DNA of 33,886 bases from a virus. Lineage: Duplodnaviria > Caudoviricetes. The first letter of the stretch is position 1. Each line of letters opens with the position of its first letter. A program made the position numbers and the translations under genes. Positions 26,879 through 33,886 of this stretch are shown piece after piece. The notes beneath the pieces are model-generated. The model made no database searches. It saw only the letters and a list, made by a program, of their open reading frames with translations, and was not told the DNA's origin. The stretch is taken from positions 1 through 33,886 of the IMG/VR virus record IMGVR_UViG_3300025693_000158; one strand, 5' to 3'.

Positions 26879-27367
26879 ATGAAACATATCCCCCAATTTT
26901 TGACAGGTCAAACCGTTTTTATTGATGGAGTTGGTTTACTCGGTACGGTTAAGCAAATTGCTTTACCTAAAGTAGAACAGCTTCGTGAAACGATAAAGCA
27001 AGGCGGCTTTGAGCGCTCAGTAAGTACAGGCGTATTTAAAGCTTTGGAAAGTGAAATTACGCTCAGCGAATATCACGTTTCTGTTTATAAGTCGATGAAC
27101 AGCAAACTACCTACTTTTGTTATCAAAGGTTCACTGAAACAAAAAGATAAAAAAATTCCTGTGATTGCCACCATCAAAGGTGAAATTGATATTGATGATG
27201 GCGGCTGGGAAACGGGTAAAGAAACCGAGCGTAAAATTAAAATTTATGCGGATTTTTATCAATTAGAAGTGAACGGCGAAACACAAGTACAAATTGATGT
27301 TGAAAACATGATCGCCCTAATTGACGGTGTTGATCACCTTGAAAAATTACGCAGCCATATTTTGTAA
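26879..27367 (+). CDS. Tail tube protein (FII-like)
   Basis: LPKVE, IDVENMIALIDGVDHL. Confidence 0.9.
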   Translation: MKHIPQFLTGQTVFIDGVGLLGTVKQIALPKVEQLRETIKQGGFERSVSTGVFKALESEITLSEYHVSVYKSMNSKLPTFVIKGSLKQKDKKIPVIATIKGEIDIDDGGWETGKETERKIKIYADFYQLEVNGETQVQIDVENMIALIDGVDHLEKLRSHIL

Positions 27368-27464
27368 TTAAACCAAAATAAACACGCCATTTAAAATACG
27401 TTTAAAGCGGCTTTAAATGGCGTTTAAACCCTTTTTATATATTTAAAACAAGTGAAACTAAACA

Positions 27465-27674
27465 ATGAAAAAAATTACATTAAGCAATAAAGAAGTCTCT
27501 ATGCGTGAGCCTAAAGTACGCGACATGGTGGCATTAGATGATATTAGCGGTGAAGCACACAAAGAAGTAATGCTCATTGTTAATTTAGCTCAATTGCCCG
27601 AAGACGAAGTGATGGACATGGGCGTAAAGGACTATCGTAAATTACAAAAGGTGGCTCAAGGTTTTTTAGCGTAG
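27465..27674 (+). CDS. Tail assembly chaperone (gpE/FluMu gp41-like)
   Basis: MREPKVRDM...MGVKDYRKLQ..GFL, located between tube and tape measure genes. Confidence 0.88.
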   Translation: MKKITLSNKEVSMREPKVRDMVALDDISGEAHKEVMLIVNLAQLPEDEVMDMGVKDYRKLQKVAQGFLA

Positions 27675-27811
27675 CGCAAGTTGATTTTTGCCAAGGAAAG
27701 GCATTAATTGCTCAAGCGTTTCATCAGCAATTTAGCGAAGTTAACAAATTAAGTTTGACGGACTACGGTTTTTTTGTGGAGCAAGCGCAACAAGTTATTG
27801 CTAATAGTTAA
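27662..27811 (+). CDS. -1 frameshift extension of chaperone (E+E'-like)
   Basis: Slippery T TTT TTA at 27662-27668. The -1 frame gives SVAQVDFCQGKALIAQAFHQQFSEVNKLSLTDY...ANS*. Confidence 0.8.
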   Translation, partial: FFSVAQVDFCQGKALIAQAFHQQFSEVNKLSLTDYGFFVEQAQQVIANS

Positions 27812-27818
27812 CGTGAAT

Positions 27819-27977
27819 TTATGGGGTTGTTGTTTTTATTTTTGAATAAGTGAAGTAGATACAACCACCCTTTAATACAAAATAAAACACGGCAACACCC
27901 AATGAAATAACTAATCTAACTAGTAAGTCGTGATAAGAAAAAATAGCAAACGCAACAAGGAAAACCACTAATGGCAT
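27819..27977 (-). CDS. Antisense small two-TM protein (possible moron)
   Basis: MPLVVFLVAFAIFSYHDLLVRLVISLGVAVFYFVL...; fills the chaperone-TMP gap; start uncertain (27977-28025). Confidence 0.45.
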   Translation of the reverse strand: MPLVVFLVAFAIFSYHDLLVRLVISLGVAVFYFVLKGGCIYFTYSKIKTTTP

Positions 27978-30526
27978 TACAAGAATTTGGATTGGGATTT
28001 GTAATAGGCGGTGCATTGTCTTCATCGTTTAAATCTGCTTTTAAAGAATCTAATACAAGCATTATAAACATAAACTCAAATATCAACAAATTATCTAAAA
28101 CTCGTGTTGATATTAAAAACTTTAAAAAATTATCGTTAGATGCCATTAAGAATAAAACCTCGTTAGCAAAGTTAAGCACCACGCTTAAAAAGTCAGGGAT
28201 TGATGTTAATAATTTAGATCAAGATGCGCGCTTATTACGTACTAGCTTAATTAAACTCAAGCAAGCGTCTAAAATTGATATAAAAATAACAGGTATAAAG
28301 AATAAATTAGCCGAACAAAAAGCATCAATACTAGGGCTTGGTGCTGCCATGTATGGCGTAACTGGTATTATAAAAGGGGCTAATACTGTTTTAAAAGCCC
28401 AAGGTGAAATTCGCAGTTTAGATATATCTACTAAAGGTATTGATGCGATCACTAAATCTGGTCACAACATGAGTTTACAGTTTGGTCAAATCACTGCACC
28501 TAAATTTGTTAAAGCATCTTACGATATAAAAAGTGGTATTGCTTCACTCAGTGAAGATGGTGTAAATCAATTTACTAAATTCTCAGCAGTAACTGCCGTG
28601 GCTACAAAATCAAGCACCGAAGAAATGACTAAGCTTTATGCACTAGGATATGGCATTTTTAGAGAAGACTTTACTAGCGACATTAGTTTTGGTAAACAAT
28701 TTAGTGGTGCTATTGCTGGGGCTGTTCAAGCCTTTAGAACGGATGGGGCAGATTTAGCCGCTGGTATTTCCAATGTAGGTGCAAGTGCTAAAGCTATGGG
28801 TGTTTCATTGGAAGAAGAAATAGCTATTATCGGTTTGTCAAAAAGTGCTTTTGCCAGTGCTAGCGAAGCTGGTAGCGGTTATCGTGCATTTTTAGATGGT
28901 GCAGGTAAGGCGCAGAAAAAACTAGGGTTATCATTTATTGATAGCCAAGGAAAAATTTTACCTATGGCTCAAATCTTAGGGAAAATTAAAGAGAAATATG
29001 GTGATTTAGATCTTGCTGAAATAGGTGAATTAAAAGACGGCTTTGGTAGCTCTGAGGCAATTAAAACTATAACCGCACTATTGCCAAAGGTTGATGAGCT
29101 AGAATCAGCACAAAAAAACTTAAAAGCATCAATGGATTCAGGTTTATCAAAATCTCAAGCAATGGCTAAAGCAATGGATAGCGGCTATGGTTTTGAAAAG
29201 ATGGGTAATGCGATGAGTTACTTTAGTTTTACTATTGGTAAAGCAGTAGCGCCAGCCGTTGATATGCTAGCATCGGGCTTAGGAAGTTTAGCCAAAGGTG
29301 TTGCATGGCTTGATGAAAAAGTGCCTTTTTTAATTCCTGTTTTTACTGGATTAACAGCAGGTGTTATCGCGCTTGTAACCGTGTTAAAAATTGGCACGTT
29401 AGCTAAGTTAGCTTTCTCTTTTGCGACTAATACTGTTAAAAAATCTATTTTACTTAGTACCGCAAGTAATCTTTACAATGCATTAAGTTATAACTCATTA
29501 AGCGTATCATCGTCGTTAGCCACAGCTAAAACATGGGCGTTTAATATTGCAACAAAAGCAACCAGTATTACTCAGGGAATTTTTTCAGCCTCAACGTCTT
29601 TTTTATCTGCTCGGTTAACGGCACTTGGTGCTTTATTAAATTTTACACGTATTAAATCATTAGCGTTTGCCGCAGGAAGTGGAGCGGCAACAGCAGCACA
29701 ATGGTTATTTAATGCCGCTCTTACTGCCAACCCCATCGGGTTGGTAATTGCAGGTTTAGCAGCTTTGGGGGCAGGTGCTGTTTATTTATATAAAAACTTT
29801 GAACCCTTTACTAATTTTATTGATGGCGTTTGGGGAAAGCTCAAAAGCTTTTTTTCTTTTGTCTCTGATGGGTGGGCTATTGTCGGTGACATGATTTCAG
29901 GTGTCGCTTCATTCTTTGGTTTTGGTGATGATGACAGCGAACAAAGTACAAAAGATAAAAAATTTAAACAAAACAAAAACTCAACGACAGGTTTACCCGG
30001 TGCAGAGAAAGCGGCTGATTTCTTAAAAACAAAACCGACCAACAAAACCAAGTTATGGGAAAATAAGGTAACTCAACAAGAAGTCAAACTTTGGGGAAGC
30101 AAGTCAACCAATGAAGAGCCTAAAAAAACCAAACTTAGTTTAGTTAAAAAATCCGCAGCAATCGCGATTCCTGCGTTAATGGCAACACAATTGGCCGCAG
30201 CTCCTGTGCCTATACAATCACAACCAGCTCAGCCCAAGTTATGGGAAAGAAAACCAGTATCAAAACAAAATGTGATACCTGAGCGTTTATCGCTCAAACC
30301 TGTAACAACATTTAAACAGGCTGTTTATGCACCACCAATCAAGCCGCTAAATAAAGAAATGACAGAGCCTAAAAAGCCACAGCAAACACAGCAAGTAACT
30401 CAACATATTACTATTGACGTTAAAGTTGAAAACCCATCCGATAATGTTGATGTAGAGCGCGCCATCGTTAATGCAATGCGTGAGCATGGTAAATCAAGCA
30501 CTAGTATGATGGATGAGGAAATATAA
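27971..30526 (+). CDS. Tape measure protein (TP901 family)
   Basis: ASYDIKSGI, ASEAGSGYRAF, AAQWLFNAALTANPIGLVIAG. Confidence 0.93.
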   Translation: MALQEFGLGFVIGGALSSSFKSAFKESNTSIININSNINKLSKTRVDIKNFKKLSLDAIKNKTSLAKLSTTLKKSGIDVNNLDQDARLLRTSLIKLKQASKIDIKITGIKNKLAEQKASILGLGAAMYGVTGIIKGANTVLKAQGEIRSLDISTKGIDAITKSGHNMSLQFGQITAPKFVKASYDIKSGIASLSEDGVNQFTKFSAVTAVATKSSTEEMTKLYALGYGIFREDFTSDISFGKQFSGAIAGAVQAFRTDGADLAAGISNVGASAKAMGVSLEEEIAIIGLSKSAFASASEAGSGYRAFLDGAGKAQKKLGLSFIDSQGKILPMAQILGKIKEKYGDLDLAEIGELKDGFGSSEAIKTITALLPKVDELESAQKNLKASMDSGLSKSQAMAKAMDSGYGFEKMGNAMSYFSFTIGKAVAPAVDMLASGLGSLAKGVAWLDEKVPFLIPVFTGLTAGVIALVTVLKIGTLAKLAFSFATNTVKKSILLSTASNLYNALSYNSLSVSSSLATAKTWAFNIATKATSITQGIFSASTSFLSARLTALGALLNFTRIKSLAFAAGSGAATAAQWLFNAALTANPIGLVIAGLAALGAGAVYLYKNFEPFTNFIDGVWGKLKSFFSFVSDGWAIVGDMISGVASFFGFGDDDSEQSTKDKKFKQNKNSTTGLPGAEKAADFLKTKPTNKTKLWENKVTQQEVKLWGSKSTNEEPKKTKLSLVKKSAAIAIPALMATQLAAAPVPIQSQPAQPKLWERKPVSKQNVIPERLSLKPVTTFKQAVYAPPIKPLNKEMTEPKKPQQTQQVTQHITIDVKVENPSDNVDVERAIVNAMREHGKSSTSMMDEEI

Positions 30527-30898
30527 ATGCTTTGTAGTGTAGATAGTTTTATTTTTGAAAGTGGCGGTGTCGATTTAGCCAATATCAAACGCAATATTAA
30601 ATATGGTTTTGAGAACTTTAAATTAATTAATGCGCACGATGAATGGCAAGCCACTGACAAATATTCTCAGGTGATCACATTGTCAGGCATGTTAATTAAA
30701 AAATCTAATTATGCCTTAGATGATTTAGAGCAAATTGCCCAAAAGAAAAAGCCCGTTACGTTGTCGTTTGATGATGGGCGAGCATCGTCAGTTTTGATTT
30801 TAGAAATAAATACCGACCAATCATTATTTTTAAAAAATGGTGCATTTTTGAAACAAGATTTTGAAATATCGCTAGGGGTAGTTTATGGCTCAATTTAA
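30527..30898 (+). CDS. Tail protein gpU-like
   Basis: FIFE...ITLSG...QDFEISL, following the TMP. Confidence 0.8.
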   Translation: MLCSVDSFIFESGGVDLANIKRNIKYGFENFKLINAHDEWQATDKYSQVITLSGMLIKKSNYALDDLEQIAQKKKPVTLSFDDGRASSVLILEINTDQSLFLKNGAFLKQDFEISLGVVYGSI

Positions 30899-31076
30899 AG
30901 CGACTGAAGAGTTTAATCGTTTAGATAAAGTTGTGATCAAACATTATGGCGATTTATCTATGTTTGATGATGTGGTTAATGCTAACCCTCATATTACTAG
31001 CACCATATTAGTTGTTGGTGATGATGTTTTCTTGCCAGTAATAGAAGTTAAAAAAGTTGAAGAAAAATTATGGTAG
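30885..31076 (+). CDS. Tail protein X (LysM-like)
   Basis: RLDKVVIKHYG...VVNANPH...GDDVFLP...LW. Confidence 0.88.
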   Translation: MAQFKATEEFNRLDKVVIKHYGDLSMFDDVVNANPHITSTILVVGDDVFLPVIEVKKVEEKLW

Positions 31077-32020
31077 ACCAAACAAATAGCATTCAACCTA
31101 ATTATCAAATTCTAGTTAATGATAAAGATGTGACAAGTTCAGTACGTAAACATTTTATTGCCTTGCAAATTACAGATAATGATAAAGATGATGCTGATGA
31201 ACTTACGTTAACACTGAGCGCTAAATTTAAGCGCCCATCTGATACCGATAAAATCAAAGTTTTTTTAGGTTATGGAAATGATCTTAAATTTGTGGGTTTA
31301 TTTATTATTCAAACTACAAACATTCGTGATAACAGACAATTAACGATTAAAGCAACGGGTGCTGACTTCAACGGTGATTTAAAAGAGCGTAAAAACCTAA
31401 CCTATCCACCTATACCGTTATCAGAGGAAAAAATAACATTAGCTAGCGTGGTTAAAGAAATAGCCTCTCGTCACGGTTTAGAAGTAAAAACCGATATGAA
31501 TATTGGTGAACGGTTTGAGCAAATAAATGAGTCAGACTTACATTTTTTAAACCGTTTAGCCAAAGAGCATGATGTCATTTTTAATATCAAAAACAATACG
31601 CTTTATTTTATGAAAAAAGGCGGTGAAGTACCGAACATTTCCATTGATATCAATAAGTGCTCAAACTCTGATATCACGCATTCAAATAAAACACTTTATA
31701 AAAGCTGTAAGGCTATTTATCACAACACCAAACTAAATAAAAAAGCCGAAGTTATTACTGGTAGTGGTAAACCTCAATTAATCAAAGAGGGGCAATGGCA
31801 AAATGATAGTGATGCATTACTGGCGGCTAAAAATGCTTTAACAAGAGCAAATAAAAGCAAAGTTGATGGAAATCTAACAACACGCGGTCAGGTTGTTTTT
31901 GCTGGCTCAAAATTAACATTAGACGATGATGTTTTTGAAATACTCAAAGTCACTCATAACTTAAGTAAAGGCTGGAAAACGACACTTAATTTTAAAAATT
32001 TTACTGCTGAATCAACGTAA
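31070..32020 (+). CDS. Late control/baseplate hub gpD-like
   Basis: ITDND..ADELTL, LGY, QINESDLHFLNRLA. Confidence 0.9.
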   Translation: MVDQTNSIQPNYQILVNDKDVTSSVRKHFIALQITDNDKDDADELTLTLSAKFKRPSDTDKIKVFLGYGNDLKFVGLFIIQTTNIRDNRQLTIKATGADFNGDLKERKNLTYPPIPLSEEKITLASVVKEIASRHGLEVKTDMNIGERFEQINESDLHFLNRLAKEHDVIFNIKNNTLYFMKKGGEVPNISIDINKCSNSDITHSNKTLYKSCKAIYHNTKLNKKAEVITGSGKPQLIKEGQWQNDSDALLAAKNALTRANKSKVDGNLTTRGQVVFAGSKLTLDDDVFEILKVTHNLSKGWKTTLNFKNFTAEST

Positions 32021-32203
32021 ACACGAAAGAAGATAAAGCAAGAAAAAGAAGAGCGATGTTTAAGTGCGCCAACACTCAAACAACCTCATTAATGAGATAC
32101 CTAAATATCCCACCAACAAGCAAGGCTCTCCTACAGTCGCGCAACTGCGGATTGATCCTAGCACATTAATAAATTAACAAAAGTATTAATTAGGCTCATA
32201 AAA

Positions 32204-32959
32204 ATGAATAAACCTATAATCCCTTGGATGGGCGGCAAGCGTAGACTTGCCAAAACAATTTTACCGCTAATACCAGAGCATAAATGTTACTGCGAACCTT
32301 TTGCTGGTGGTGCTGCGATATTGTTTATGAAATAACCAAGCAAAAGCGAAGTGATTAACGATATCAATGGTGAACTAGTAAACCTTTACAGAGTCGTTAA
32401 ACACCATTTAAATGAGTTTGTAATATCGTTTAAATGGTCATTAACAAGTCGGCAAATGTTTGATTGGGAGAAAATGGCTAGAGTTGAAACATTAACTGAT
32501 ATTCAAAGAGCAGCTCGTTTCTTCTATTTACAAAAATCAAGCTTTGGTGCAAGAGGCTCACATTATGGTACTGCTACAACAACAGCGCCTAAACTTAACT
32601 TATTACGAATAGAGGAAGATTTAAGTCACGCACATTTAAGGTTGTCTCGCGTTAATATTGAACACATGCCGTGGGAGGAATGTATCAAGCGATATGACCG
32701 AGAACATTCGTTTTTTTACCTTGACCCACCGTATTGGGAAACGGCTGGCTATAACGTAGAATTTGGCTGGGAACATTATGAAAGAATAGCTAAATTAATG
32801 GACAGTTCAAAAGGAAAGTTTTTACTTTCAATTAACGATCATCCTGATATTAGAGAGCTATTTAAAAAGTTTGATATTTCAACTATTGGAATCAAATATA
32901 CAGTCGGCAAAGATAAAAATAACAAAGCATCAAAAGAATTAATCATAAAAAACTACTGA
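32204..32959 (+). pseudogene. dam: Dam/D12-class N6-adenine MTase with in-frame TAA at codon 44
   Basis: ATG 32204: [16 protein letters not shown]...[25 protein letters not shown]...YLDPPY; stop at 32333-32335. Confidence 0.88.
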
Positions 32960-32975
32960 TTAAAAATTAACCAAT

Positions 32976-33010
32976 AAAAAAGCCCGTAGATTTTTATCTA
33001 TGGGCTTTTT
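32976..33010. terminator. Bidirectional terminator near right end
   Basis: AAAAA-AGCCCGTAGAT-TTTT-ATCTATGGGCT-TTTT. Confidence 0.8.
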
Positions 33011-33077
33011 CTCATACCAACGTTTGTAAACCCAAATGCCAACCTCTGTAAACCTAAATGTAAAATATGCCAACCTT

Positions 33078-33174
33078 TCAAAATGTACCAACAATTAGCT
33101 ACAGCCCTTTATTACATTGAAAAAATCAAAATTATACCTTTATCTATATCTTACATTCTGAACACTTATTTACA
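33078..33174 (-). repeat. Right end (attR) with putative transposase-binding sites
   Basis: Terminal imperfect IR at 33146-33174; AATGTA core at 33113-33118 (-); TCAAAATGTACCA at 33078-33090, identical to 1234-1246. Confidence 0.8.
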
Positions 33175-33179
33175 CTTGT
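33175..33179. repeat. Right 5-bp target site duplication CTTGT
   Basis: Matches 1216-1220. Confidence 0.95.
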
Positions 33180-33886
33180 CCGTAGATAGAAATGTCTTTT
33201 TTGTTGCCGTTGTGACTGTCGATAAACTTTAACGACTGCACAAACATACCGCCTGAGCCACAACAAGGATCGTAAATTTTACCTTTAAACGGCTCTATCA
33301 TTTCGGCAATAAGGGCAACAATTGATTTAGGCGTGTAGTATTCGCCACCGCCTTTGCCTTCACTTGAGGCAAATTTTCCTAAAAAATATTCGTAAACACG
33401 ACCAACTAAATCTTCCTCGGTCATTTCGCATTCACTCGCGGCGGTGTCAATATTATTAATGGTGTCGATAAGTGATGCTAATTTGCTAGTGACCAGTCCT
33501 AAACGGCTGAAATAGTTTTCAGGTAATGCGCCTTTAAGTGAAGGGTTGTTTTTTTCAACGGTATGTAGCGCAGTATCAATTTTTACCGCGATATCGTCTT
33601 GTTTCATTTGTTTTTTTATATAAGACCAACGCGCAACTTCGGGTAAGTAGAACACGTTGTCTTGCATGTAAAATTCTACTTGGTCAACAAACTCAGCCAT
33701 ACCACCAGCAATCAATGCTTCTCGCTTGGCTTCAAATTTATCGCTAATAAATTTTAAGAAGATAAGACTTAAAACAACGTGTTTGTATTCAGATGATTCA
33801 ACGCTGCCACGAAGTTTGTTCGCGGTATCCCATAAGGTTTCTTCAAAGTTAGTGTTTACCGTTTTTTTAGCTGCTTTAGTAACCAT
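33175..33886 (-). pseudogene. hsdM: HsdM 5' fragment (interrupted by prophage)
   Basis: LWDTANKLRG..EYKHVVL.LIFLK, GEYYTPKS, YDPCCGSGGMF, ends ISIYGQ at the junction. Confidence 0.95.

Larger units (their letters stand above)
1221..33174 (+). mobile_element. Complete Mu-like transposable prophage with contractile (P2-type) tail
   Basis: TGTAAAT...ATTTACA termini, 5-bp TSD, repressor/ner/A/B/gam early genes, Mu-type head genes, P2-type tail genes, no integrase. Confidence 0.96.

Noticed and set aside
27384-27423. 12-bp inverted repeat ACGCCATTTAAA/TTTAAATGGCGT after the tube gene
   Set aside because: Most simply an ordinary attenuator or mRNA-stabilising hairpin after highly expressed sheath/tube genes.
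32351-32959. 202-aa ORF as an intact MTase
   Set aside because: Lacks SAM-binding motif I, which lies upstream of the in-frame TAA.
11846-33747. Numerous short opposite-strand or alternate-frame ORFs (e.g. 11974, 13172, 14199, 18857, 19735, 25880, 28219, 29782, 33538)
   Set aside because: They lie within well-supported genes and carry no recognisable motifs.

Overview
The window holds a complete, apparently intact Mu-like transposable prophage (1221-33174, 31,954 bp, TGT...ACA ends). It is inserted with a 5-bp target duplication (CTTGT) into the host type I restriction-modification methyltransferase gene hsdM (minus strand). Removing the phage and one CTTGT restores a 593-aa HsdM (...ISIYGQ|EYTNTT...), which is followed by a YhcG/DUF1016-like gene. 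The phage carries an S24-type repressor, a Ner-like gene, DDE transposase A, MuB, Gam, an early-located lysozyme, GemA, a Zn-ribbon regulator and an AAA/RepA-like ATPase. It also has a C4/CI-like antisense-RNA-controlled Rha cassette, an inverted Mu-type head operon (MuF with a nuclease-like C-terminus), a P2-type contractile tail operon (-1 frameshift chaperone, Asp-box receptor-binding protein) and a Dam-like MTase broken by a single TAA. Other notable features are in-frame REP-like doublets inside hsdM, a 60-aa domain shared by the ATPase and Rha, and several structured intergenic RNAs. All protein calls come from motif recognition and gene order; no database searches were run.
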